Positions 24,765 through 36,800 of a stretch of 64,000 nucleotides of DNA are shown piece after piece. Each line of letters begins with the position of its first letter. The stretch's first letter is position 1. Under the pieces are notes generated by a model. It had not been told where the DNA came from. It saw only the letters and a program-made list of their open reading frames with translations, and searched no databases. Source of the DNA: Camelus dromedarius (taxonomy: Eukaryota). Both the position numbers and the translations under genes were made by a program. The stretch is taken from NCBI RefSeq assembly GCF_036321535.1, contig NC_087437.1, forward strand, positions 35,342,001 through 35,406,000, in the 5' to 3' direction.

Positions 24765-25195
24765 AAAATTGGTATTTATTTTTGAATAGGTGATACATGT
24801 ACATGATATAAAAGTCAATGGGTACAAAGAGGGTGGACAGTGGAAAGGAAGCCACTGTTCCACCCTTTAACTTCCCATTTCCCTCAGAAAGACCACTATT
24901 GTTACCTGTTTCTTGCTGTATCTTTCTAGAAATATCTTGTCTCCATAAACTTGTATGATTATAATCATACTTTTAAAACAGATAACAATATATATTCTTT
25001 TCTGCATTTTACTTTCAAAAGAAAATCTTAACTATCTTAGATTGTTCTACAATCGTGCATGTAGAGCTGCCTTTTATTTTTAAAAACTAGTAATATACCA
25101 TTATATTATTTAATTATAGTTTCTTTAGCACCTTATTAAGGGACATTTTGTTTCTGGATATTTTTGCAATTATAAAATTCTGCAAAGCTTTCTTT

Positions 25196-25228
<33 letters not shown>

Positions 25229-25620
25229 TATGTGCACATATACATATATGTGTATATGTCTATATGCAAATATATCTCTAGGATAATCTCCTGGAAGTGC
25301 ATTCCACACTCCAAGGATATGTGTGCTTGAGGTTTTGTTTTTTTTTTGATGAATGTTGCCAAATTGTCCTCTACAGAGTAGGTACCAATTTATACCCCTG
25401 CCTAGCAAAGTATAAGAATGCCTGTTACCGCATCCACTTGCCAACTTAGAATGTTCTCAAACTTTTTGTTATTTTCTTTCTGGTAGAGAAAGAATGTATT
25501 TCAGTGTATTTTTAATTTACATTTATGTTATAATGAGTGAGGTTTAGCACATTTTAACATATTACAAGCCATTAGTATTTTATTTTCAATGAACTGTTAG
25601 TTTATGTTGCTTAATGTATT
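24765..25620 (-). mobile_element. L1ME-like 3' end with internal (TG)n at ~25197-25226
   Basis: ttgaataggtgatacatgtacatgatataaaagtc...ttgccaaattgtcctctacagagtaggtaccaatttatac...gtattttaatttacattt. Confidence 0.8.
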
Positions 25621-26758
25621 ATTATTAAAAAATTTTTCTTTTCCTGTTACCAGCCTCTCTCTCTCCCCTCTGGCTTTAACAAACAAATGCACACTTTCCC
25701 AGAAGTCAGGTAGGTTGGCTACTCTCATCTTTGTTACTTGAAGGAAACTGCTTCTGAGCTTCAGAACTGGGGAGCATTGTCTGTTACATCCTGTCATAAT
25801 TTTGTTCATGTATAAAATACATAACCTTCCTTTTAGGGACCTACGATTTAACCTATCCCTATCTACATTATGAGTCAATATGAAAGAGAGGGTAGTTTTC
25901 AATATATGGCAGTAAATTTAAACATATTTTTATCATGGAAATATTTTTTCAAACAAAAATCTTCTGCATGGATCTAAATATATAAAACAAATTTGTCTTA
26001 AAAATGGACTTTAGAAGTACCCACTTAGGATCTTATCAAGTTGAATATCATAAACTCTTTATCACCTCTAAAGAGCTCAAGTAAATCCTTAGAGGCAAAT
26101 GAGGGCTCAGCTGCCAGAACCAGCAGTGAGGAGGTTTTCACATTTCAGTACCATGGCCAGAGTCTGGTGAGTGACCTGATTGAACCCCCCAGATCTAACT
26201 TGACACCTGGAAAGCCTGTGTATCTTAACTTAATTATTAAGAAAAAATAATCAAGCTTTTTAGATCTGAGGTAATTTACTAATTATGAACAGCTTATACT
26301 AATTAATTTTGGTAAAAAAAAATAAGTGTGCTCAGATCAACCAATGTCAAACTCAATCATTTATGGCGATTTCTTCTACGTATTCTGTTGTTCATTAGGT
26401 CGGATCATCCAATTATATAGTTAAACAATTTGCAGCTAATTCATATTGGAGGAATCACCATGGAAGTTCTTTGCTTAAAATTAGCTGCTGTATTTACTGT
26501 TGGGTCTAACAGAATGGAGTAGGTCTCTAACTGGGCTAGGCTTGTCCCTGGGCTCATATGCTTCAAGAAGAATATGATACTTCTTTCTGGAGTGTCAATT
26601 TTTCTTGAAAAAAAAATTTAATAAAATTATATGCCCAATAAATTTATTTAATTAATATAAAATTATATGTATGTGCATGTGTGTGCACGTGTGTGTGTGT
26701 AAAGAATTAATAACAGAGAAAGTAGTTGTGGGGATGTTAAACAAGTGTGTATCTAGAT

Positions 26759-26983
26759 AATGCATTCCCTGCTGGAGCAATATCATTCCAAGAGGGTGGA
26801 AATTGTTTCTTGGGAGGCCAAAAATACTCCTTTTATCTGTAAATGTAAGTATACATGCAGCACATAAACAGATGTATAATGTATCTGTAGTATTAAACCC
26901 CTGGGTGGGAGTTGGCAATTAGGAAAAATTATATATAAGTTTGCCTTAGGAGGGTTATATTGAAAGAAAGGTTGAGAAACATG
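26759..26983. mobile_element. Non-autonomous hAT-Charlie element (subfamily uncertain)
   Basis: atgcattccc...aatatcattccaagagggtggaaattgtttcttggg...cataaacagatgtataatgtatctgtagtattaaa...aaaggttgagaaacatg. Confidence 0.65.
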
Positions 26984-29322
26984 ATTCTACGTGGAGAGTA
27001 TATTCTTGTGTATTGTACTATTCTTGCAACTTTTCTGAAGGTTTGAAATGGGAGGCTTTGATTGTGATGAAACTGTTTCCATCCTGCTTCTTCACTGGAT
27101 AGTGCTGGATAGGATTATATCAATGATCTTGATATAATTTATGATTAAAGATGAGTAAACATTTTAAAAATGGTTTTATTGTAAGCATAAATAGCAAAAC
27201 TCCTTTTTGACTAATTGGTTGGTTGTTGCTTTGAGAGCCTAGAGAGAAAGAGAATGGCCCAAGAGCGCAAGTGGAAGATTTGGTATCTGAGATGAGCAAT
27301 CTAGCGCATGTGCCCTGAAGTTGAGCCAAAAGAGCTCAATGGCAACATACTGGCAGTCAGCGTAAAGGAGTAGAGAGTGTGACCCCTGGAAGTCTACAGA
27401 TGATCTACAAAATTTTTTTCTGAAAGAGAAGTTTTTCTTCTTTTAAACCAAGTGTTTTAAAGTTTTGATTATGCACTAAAAATTAATTCCTACAGATAAG
27501 TTCAAATTCTGCCAGTAATTAGATCCAAGGACTTTGCCTACATCTATGCCACTGTGTCAAAGGACCTCATCTTCCAATGCTCATTCCTAATTGACATAAT
27601 TGTATCCCAAATCTGTATCTGTGAGTCCATGTGCTGTGGTTTTAAAGTCATTCTTCATTTACCTACTTAAAGTATAGTTGTTTAAATTCAAATCTTCAGC
27701 TGGTGACAACATTTGGTAATCAAAAAGAAACACTTTGAAGTATAGGTTAAAGCCATTAAAAAATAAAACAGATAATGGGAGAAAATTCACAGCAACCAGA
27801 AATCAGCAAGTGTGAAACAAACCTGATATTATTTCTAAAACTCCTCATAACGAGCTTGGGAATAATTAATATGTTATCACCAGGCCAACTATCACTACTG
27901 AATGAAGTGGCGGATAAAGAAAGTGTAATATATTTAAAACTTTAAATATGGGATTGTCATCATAGAAACACAGGCGAGCCTAAGGTTTGGTATCTCTGAT
28001 TTATAAAAAAGGGGGAAAAATCCCCTCTTTAGTGGCAAATGTATGAGTTTATTACTCTTGCAGTAACATTTACAAATCATGAAAATTTAGAAGAAAAATC
28101 TTCTAAAAGAAGAAATATCCTGGCCAGAAAGACTATAATAAAAAAGTCCAAATAGCAAAAGAAAGATATTTTTAAAATTCTTGTAGTCAGTTTCAGCTTC
28201 ACCTTGAAAGGTGACACTCCTGTGATTGGAATCACTGTGTGATAGAAATGGCTGAAGCTATTTTGGGTCAAAACCAGGCACCCAAGCTAACAAAAATATT
28301 CCCTTATGAAGCATCACCTATTCTAATGTGTTCAAAAGGCATGCTTTCAACACTGATTGAGAGACTGGGGTTCACTTGGTTGGATAAAAGCATGGATAAT
28401 AATAGTTTGACTTTTAAAACTTGGCTATATTTGCTATATTTATAACAATGTCTACAAAGAAAAGTTATTTTGTAAAGTGCTTCATGGATAAATAAATGTT
28501 CAGGAAGGGAATTTTAATAAAAACTGTTCAGACATGTGCACAGATGGGCCATGTCTATAAAAGGAAGAGATGCTTTAAGAACCTTCAATACACTGGAGGC
28601 CACCTCTTCACTTACACCCTATCTCAAACAGTCTGCCTCCTGAACTTTTCAGTGTGAACCAGGGTTGGGGGCAAGGAGATGGGGAGAAGGAATAATTTGT
28701 ATATTACAAAATTAAATATTTGGGGGAAATAGTTATTTGAAAGCTTAACTTTACAGATAACTTTATAATGAAAGGAGTAATGTGGAAGGCTTGCTCTATC
28801 ATACTGTGGAAGGAACTTGTCTTAAGAATTTAAGGTTCTTTTTTCTTCCAGTAAAAAGAGACTTTAAGACAAAGTCTAATGGTTGGATTGCTAAAATGAG
28901 TGAATCTACTATTTATGTAATTTAATGTGGCTGAATCCTCTCAACCAACAACTGTGAAGAAAGGCTCTTTTGCTGCAATAAGAAAATAGAGTTGAGAGTT
29001 AGATATAGACAGTTAATTATGGGAACTATGAGTTAGTTGAGATCCCAGAGCTGTAGTGAGAATTAGTGGAGTTAATGAATAGAAAATAAGTACCCAGCAC
29101 AAAGTGGTATTCAGAAAAGATAGGTAGTTCATTTTATGTTTGTTGAAAATAAAACATTAACTAAGTAAAGGACATAATTATTCAACCTCAGTAAAATTAT
29201 CATTGCATGAATGTTTTTCTGAGATAAAAGAATATCCATGGACCTGAGTGACCTTCTATCCTTAGTAGATACAGGTATCAAAATTTTTAGCATTGTTAGC
29301 TGACAAATTGTGTGCCGTACAA

Positions 29323-29531
29323 CTGGTGGTGAGCTGGAGCTAGTGTCTTTGGCTTGCAACATTCAATTGTAAAGTTTTCAGAAATTTTTTGCAAGCTGGT
29401 TGACATACCATTGGTAGCTTGGAATCAGCCTTGGTGGGGATATTTACACCATAGACATTGGCAAAAACTATGTTAGGAGTTTTTTCTCTTTCCTTTTAGA
29501 GGGTGATTGCTAAATATTAAGTACTCCACTG
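29323..29531 (+). mobile_element. MER63A-like hAT-Blackjack MITE
   Basis: ggtggtgagctggagct...ttggtagcttggaatcagccttggtgggatatttacaccatagacattggcaaa...ccactg. Confidence 0.75.
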
Positions 29532-30126
29532 CATACAGCCTCAAATTCTGGACTTCCCTCCTTTGTGATTGACTTAGCATTGAACAGCTAAAATTTTTAT
29601 TTTTATTCTCGTATTTATAAATATGGGTTTTTAAAATGTAGTGATATCAGGTAGGAGAAAAGATATCAAATGCTTAATCTGATATGTGGTGCCCCTTTTA
29701 TTAATTTAGCCCATTTTCCAGAATTGATACACATGGCTGGGTATATATTAGCAAGAAAGATGGAGTTATTTTTCCTGATGGTATAAGTAATTTAAAATCT
29801 TGTTTTCTTAAAATTAAATAAACATGAATTTATCATAGAGTAAAAACTATATAAATTCTTAAGCTAAAATGAGATAATTTAATTTTTTAAAATTTTTTGC
29901 ATGATGGGTGGGCTCATTCTAGTTTTGTCTTTAGAAATGTTGAGAAAGCATGATTATTCTCTTTGGCCATTAGACATTTTTCCAACAAAATACTTAACAA
30001 GAACAAATGTACATTAAATAAAGAAAACACCTAAAACCCAAATTTATAAGAATATCGTGTAAAAGTAAATTCTGTTTACACATTCACACAGACCACACAC
30101 ATCAACTAGCTTTCTTTATGAGGGCC

Positions 30127-30778
30127 TGTGTTAGTTTCCTATTGTAACTGCAACAAATTGTCATAAACTGGATGTCTTAAATGTATTCTCTTCTAGTCTG
30201 AAACTCAGAAGTCTAAAATCAGATTCTTTGGGCAAAAATCAAGGTGTTGGCAGGTCTGCATTCCTTCTGTAGGCTCTAGAGGAGAATCTGTTTTCTTGCC
30301 TCTTCCAGCTTCTAGAAGTCACCTTCCTGCCGTGGTTAGTGGCTCCTTCCTTTGTCTTCAGATGCAGCAGTAAGGTATTTTCACATCTCCCTGCCCTTCT
30401 CTGATCTCTGCTTCCATTGTCACATCATCTTCTCTGACTGTCCTCCTTCCTCTCTTCCCTTATAAAGATACTTGTGATTACATTGTGGCTGCCCAGATAA
30501 TCCAGGATAATCCTGCCATCTCAAGATCCTTAATTTAGTATCAACAGCAGAGTCCCTTTTGCCATATAAGGTAACATATTCACAGGTTCCAGAAAATCTC
30601 TGGATGGACATTATTCTCTCTAATATAGTCTGCCCTCTGGCTCTCAAAGATTCAAGTTAGTTCCACTTTCCAAGTATGTTTATGCCATTCCAATTTCCCC
30701 AAAGTCTAAATTCATTACAGTATCAGCTCAGCTCAAGGCCAAAATCTCATCTAAGCCTCATCAACTCAATGTCCAATT
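30127..30778 (-). mobile_element. MLT1D-like LTR (30127-~30627) plus adjacent MLT1 internal segment
   Basis: tgtgttagtttcctattg...aatcaaggtgttggcagg...ttccagcttctaga...cccagataatccaggataatc...; followed by gtctgccctctggctctcaaagattca...caaagtct...aaatctcatctaa typical of MLT1-int. Confidence 0.85.
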
Positions 30779-30789
30779 TTGTAAATAAG

Positions 30790-31440
30790 AAATTTGTTTT
30801 TATGAGGGCAGTGTAATACATTGGAGTATTAAGCAGGAGAGTGACATGGTCTTATTTGTATTTGAGAAAGATGCTTCTGGTTGTCATATAAGGAATAGAT
30901 TGTGTGTGTGTGTGCATGCATGTGCACATGTGAAGGGTATGAGAGAGGGAGTGCTCAAAAGAGGACATTGGAAAGTCAGTTAGGAGGCCCTTGTGGGAGC
31001 CCTCATAAGACTAGGATGTGGCTTGAAGCAGGATGGCAATGGTGGGGAGAGAGAGGACAAATAGATCTGCGTTATTTTTTGGAGTTAGAATTGCAGTAAC
31101 ACCTGGGAAGACCACAAACTATGTGGGAGGGCCAGGACGAGACTGAAATTTAGGAATCTTACTAGGTTTTTGCCATTAGGGTTTGGGAGGAGCCACTAAA
31201 TGAAGAGGACTAGGGAAAGATTGGTTGTAGGGTGTGTGTGGGGAGGGACATGCAAATATTTTTCTTTTGAACATGTTACATTTAAGGACAATATTAAGCG
31301 TTTAAGGGGAAGTATTGAGCAACCTGTTGAATATAAGAATCTGGAGATCAGTGGCAAGGCCATGGCTGGAGATCTGTGTTTAGAAATATTTGGCCCATAG
31401 GTGGTGTACAAAGCCATGGAACTAGATAGAGCATGCTTAG
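30790..31440 (-). mobile_element. L2 fragment
   Basis: aagcaggagagtgacatggtcttatttgtatttgagaaagat...cagttaggaggc...ttgaacatgttacatttaagg...ggctggagatctgtgttt. Confidence 0.7.
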
Positions 31441-33619
31441 GCATCCTGACCATTTTCTAACCAGAGAGAGGCAAAGTTAGGGTTTAGGGTCTGAGTTGAG
31501 ACTATTATGAGAAGTCCCTCAGTTGGTGAAAAGAATATCTCAGTCAACACATTCTATCCCAGTTGAAAAGAGTTTTCATGGGAAAATTATGCTTTGTTTC
31601 CAGTTGGGCATTTCATTTCTGTGTACACAGAGAATGAAATTCATGGCTGGATGTCTTCATAGGTAATGATTCTCAAACTTTTAAAGCCATGGCCCTTTTG
31701 GGAATGTGAAAGGGACCTTTGGTCCCCTCACCTTGTAACTATTACTTTCCAGTGGATGAAAACAAATCACTAGAGAGAAATATAACAGAGAAATTGCAGG
31801 AAACCTGATGGCAGCAGCATATATGAAACACTTATTAACTTTAGCACTAATTTATTTTATGTAATAATTACTTAAAACAACCTAATATCCTTAAGTTAGT
31901 AAGTTGAAAGCTAAAAATCCTCTACCAAACAGTTAATTCATTTTATAAGGTTCTGGTAGTTAATAGGTCATCAGGAAGTAGCCCAAACACTTTTTATACA
32001 AAATTATGAAAGTGCTTGTGATTCATCTGCAAGCCCCTAAAATTGGGTTTGATTTTTAATTAGAAAATCACTGGTTGAGGGAATGGCACTGGGCTGACAG
32101 GCTCTCATCTATGATGTTCCTTTCATTGCAGGGTCTGTGGGAAAATCTTTCTTCATAGTGTCCATCCTCTGGGCAGATGCTACCTATAATGAAAATTTCT
32201 TCTTTTCATAATCTCTTAAGAATTGTTGACCTTGGTAGGTTCTATGTTATAATCACACAGCTGTAAATTTGTTATGTTTGATGAGAAGACCTCGGTTGGC
32301 TTTGGTAGAGCACTGGAGGGATTTGTAGATTACAGACCCGCGGCCCATGAATCCCTGGTCTCTTTAAGACTCTACCTTTGTTTCGACAGCCTGGTGTCAA
32401 AGATACTATTCCTCCTATTGATGCAGGACCCATTGGAAGATTCACTGTTTCTCTCGGGAGGCTGCTGGTATTATGTTTACATTTCGCCTCTGGCATCCGT
32501 GTGAGCCACGTTCTGATCAGGACTTTCTGGGATTGAGACTTTACATTTTGTTCCCCTGTGGAAAGGGTTTAAGAGATTAAGTGCTTAAGGGTTTAGGGGA
32601 GGTGACATTAAAACTTGCTTTTTACAAGCATATCTGCTGGATATGTGTTCTCTCTATAGTTTCAACTTCATAGGAAGAAAAATGCATTGCTCTTAGTTCC
32701 ATGTTTGTAACTGGGATATTGCCTTCAAAGAGATTAAACCTTTCCCCAACCGTAAAGCTGAGATTCCTAAACAGAACCCTGTATGGAAAAATTCAAGACT
32801 GGGTAATTTACATTGCCAGAGGGGAAGAGAGGTTAGAGAGACCAAGATCACAAGAAAACATATGAAAACTCTTAAGTTTGCTATAATTATTAAAATAAAT
32901 CTGACAATGCAATAAATGAAATGAGTGTTACTGGCAATTTAAACAGACTAAATTAGTAAGAACTGGAAGGTTCAATTTTCTATACCTGATTTTGGTTCCT
33001 AGAAATTTATAGGATTTCCTTCCTCCATGATTTTAATGAGATCTTTTCTTGTGAATTTCTATGTTGAAGAAAATATGTGTATTAAATGGCATTTTAATGT
33101 GTGTGATGTGTCTTGCTTCATCCAATTGTTCTGTTTCTGAATGACTCAGTATTAATTTCAATTTTCTGGGTCCTTTCATGATGCCAGAGACCAACTATTT
33201 AGATATCGAAGATGGAAAATAAGGCTGGAGACTTTAATTTATTTGGCATAGCTGGTTGGGAATTTTCTAAATCCTCTAAGGAAGATATGCTCTTAATTCT
33301 GTTCATGATCATTTCAGGCTAAGCTATGCAATCTTCCATCTCTTTTCTGCACAGGGCTAAGATCTTACTCCAAACAATGTGGGTGCTATGATGCTTCCAG
33401 GCCTTTGCTGGCAAAGCCCTTCAGCTCTTTCTTCTCCTTTACTTGACTTTTTTTCCTTCCATGTTCCAACTTCCAAATATTTCCAATCATTTCCAAAATA
33501 AGAGTGAAAGTTTGGGTCCTGGAAAAAAATGAACACTCTTGCAAAAAAGATATATAGATTCATATATACACATATATGAATCTATATATAATTCCATCTG
33601 GATGAATAATTCTTAGTTG

Positions 33620-33840
33620 AAGGGAGAGATAAAAGGTTTTGCAGTTGAAAAGACCTGAATCTGAGGCATGGCTGTGCCACTCACTATGTGGCCTTGGGAA
33701 GTTAATTTCTCTGTACTCCAGTTTTTTAAAACAGTAATACATTTTCCACACAGGAGGTACTAAATTAGTTTCTACACATAGAATATTTAATACACTGCCT
33801 GGCATAGTAATGCCTAATAAGTTATTAATATTCATTACAG
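33620..33840 (+). mobile_element. MIR SINE
   Basis: aagacctgaatctgag...gccactcactatgtggccttgggaagttaatttctctgtactccagtttt...actgcctggcatagtaa. Confidence 0.75.
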
Positions 33841-36800
33841 TAAATATCTGTGTATATAACATTAAGTGAACATTTAGAGGGACACAATGTAATTTCTTCT
33901 GCAATGAGTCATTTTTTTTATCTTGAAGACACTTATGTTAGAATAAAATTCTAAGCACTGTCACTTTATTTCAAATCAATAATTAATACATCAGTTATTA
34001 ATTTAGTTACTGAATGGCAAACCAAAGAAGAGGGGGAGGATCATCTTTGCAGGTTATGGTGGCTTCATGTAGGGAGCTCGTTAAAACAAATATATAAGGC
34101 TTGGTGCAAAAAATGGGTTTAGAAGTGGTCAATGTTGCGGTTTAAGGATGTGTGTGAAATAATCACACTCCTTCTCCACTCTGAGCTCTCAAACTATAGG
34201 AGAGGGTCAGCATGACTAGTAAAGCCGAAACTGTGGAACACTGCATGGGCTCAAGGCCAGGCTGGGCTTCCCATTCTCATCCTTTGACTAAGTAGTTCAC
34301 CCAGCCCCAGGTCTTCATAGAACACTGGCAGGTCTTCCTGGCAGGGGGTGTCCTACATCTCTGCATTTCTGTTTATTGTAGTATTGGTAGAGAAGAAGAG
34401 GAGAACGAATGTTTGTTAGAGAGAGAGAGATGCTGAGAGATTGAGAGAGAGAATGAGAATGAATCGCATAAGCAGCAACCAGGGAGTGCCTAGTTTACGG
34501 ATGGAGGCAGGAGTAAGGGAAGTTGGAGTGATAGTTTGTTGCTTCTCTCGTGTGAATGTTCATTGGGGAGAACTTTTGCACTTGTTCTATCTCATTTGTG
34601 GCTGCTGCCAATGTTGTCTTTGGACAATGCTTGACAGAGGCAGTCTGTGAGAATCCTTTCCAGCTGATGGTTCTCTAAGATCATGCTTCAGTGCATTTGA
34701 AGGGGTGGAATTTGAGATGGTCACAGTATGGGGTACAGTGTGGGGATGCAGTTTACTGAGGCATGCTGAGTATGTTAGCGGGATATGGAAGAGGGGGATA
34801 CATTCATAGAAGGGACAAGTAGAAGGGCTCCTGTGATTCAGCATTCCTTTTGCTGACTCCAGCTACCGATGGGACCTCTATGTTTTACATAGTTTTCCTC
34901 TCTGGGATTTTTGAATTGTAAGTAGAGGATTGAAACCTCCGTATTCTCCCCAGCGCAATGGTGGAGGGTGTCATGCTGTGGAAGAGTTTATGGAGGATCT
35001 GGCCAATAGTGATTTTGGAGCTTTAACCAAGTCTTTGCTCAGGAGAGGGAGACTCAGATCTGAGTTGGCTGTTTGCACTGGGAAAAGCAAGCTAAATTTC
35101 TCTGCATAAGAAAGTGGAAAATTATTTTTTCTCATGAGAGAATGTTGGCAGAAAACAGAATGGAGTCAAGTGGAGCCAGGGGATAGGTGCATGACTGAGC
35201 AGCGTGGAAGAATGACCAAAGGATTTAGGAGCAGGGGCATGCGATCAGTTTTGTTTGGGAAGGGAGATGATCAGAATGCATGACACTGTAAGGGAAATAT
35301 ATTTGTCCTACCAGGGTTACACCCTTCTGTGAATGCCTCCTGTCTTTTTAACGTTTTGTAACAACTCTTAACACAATCACAGTGTTGTTCTTTTCCTGAG
35401 CCTTGTGTTCTTGAAAAGCAGCAAAAGTTCAGAAATCCTCCCTGGCTTTTGTGTTCCAGAAAATAGCTAACCCCCAAATAAAAACTTGCCCTTGCATATT
35501 CCAAAGTTAGCCCTTTAGTATCCTTCCTCATGACTCCCATAAGATATTTGGATGACTCTTTATTCATCTCTATCTCTATAAAATCCCAGACTCTCTTCCT
35601 TTTCTTTGAATGTTTCTCATTAATGAATGTTCTCCCTATTGCAATAGCCTGAATAAAATCCTATCCCACACAAATACAACCTAGGGGAGGTCAAACACCT
35701 TTAAGGAATTGTAAACCTACGAAAGTTATAGTCGTAACTAATTGTCCTAATTGTCCTGTGCATTTTTGTCTTTCACTTAATTTCTGGTGCTAGCTATTCT
35801 TGTTTTTATGGTTTGAATGGTGATCTTTGTAAACAGATAAATGGTTTGAAGAGATCTTACTTCTATTGGGTAAAAGGCAATAGAGAATCTGGTTTGCTAG
35901 TCATTTCTGTTTGTCTCTTAGTCTATTTTGAGGTCAAATCAATTAAGAATTTGTACCCACAGGGAAGAGAATAGCTCTTCTGTGAATCTGTATTTCTGCG
36001 TTTAGGCTTGACCCATGGCCAAATTTTAGAATTAATGTTGTACACCTTCTCTTTCTTTGTATTTGTATGTTTTTAGGTCTGTGATTTAGAAAAGCCCTTT
36101 ACCTTTCATTGTGTGAGTGTGTAGTATTTTCCTATCTCTGGATGGTATTACTAAATTGGATTATAAAATTTCTTAAAAAGGTTTTATTTTGATTGACCTA
36201 GGGATAAAATAGTACTTATATATAAATTGAATATTCCTAAAATTCCGAGAAATTAGAGAAACTGAAACAGATATTTTCAATGTGAAAAAAGAAGTGTTTT
36301 TATAGAAACTAACTCAAGCAATGTCTTAACAATTCAAGTTTATGTGTTTTTGGTAACTCTTCAGCAAACAAGACTACTTTAATAATTTTGGTTTAATTAA
36401 AACCAGATATGTCTTCTCTGAGTTTTTATCATCAAGTATATGACAAGTGCACCTTTTATTCTACTGGGGTATGTTCTTCCTAAACTTACGTTAAGTTCAC
36501 TGATATAGTAAACTAGTATTACTTGTACTTAATGTCTAAGATTATGGAAAAGTAAATTTTTACTTAATCAAATTGAATTATTCTAATTTTATTTCAATAG
36601 AAATTATGTTTTGCAGTATGTGAGTTTAAGGTAGTTTCCAAGATTTTTGGTAATTTAAAACCTTGGACTTAAACTAAGTTGAGTTAATTAATATTCATTG
36701 GCTATCTACATGATTTCTAAGTAAGACAGAATACTGAAACATTTATTACCAGGCGTAATTTAAAGTTTATATTGTTTTCTTGCCTTCTGTTTTATATGTG

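Noticed and set aside
34200..35280. Possible ancient Gypsy/ERVL-type LTR and internal sequence
   Set aside because: GA-rich and LTR-like in feel, but I could not fix termini or family; needs nhmmer against Dfam
35725..35740. tagtcgtaac resembling the small-subunit rRNA 3' motif (possible NUMT)
   Set aside because: Only ~9 nt match, and the flanks do not resemble 12S rRNA as I recall it
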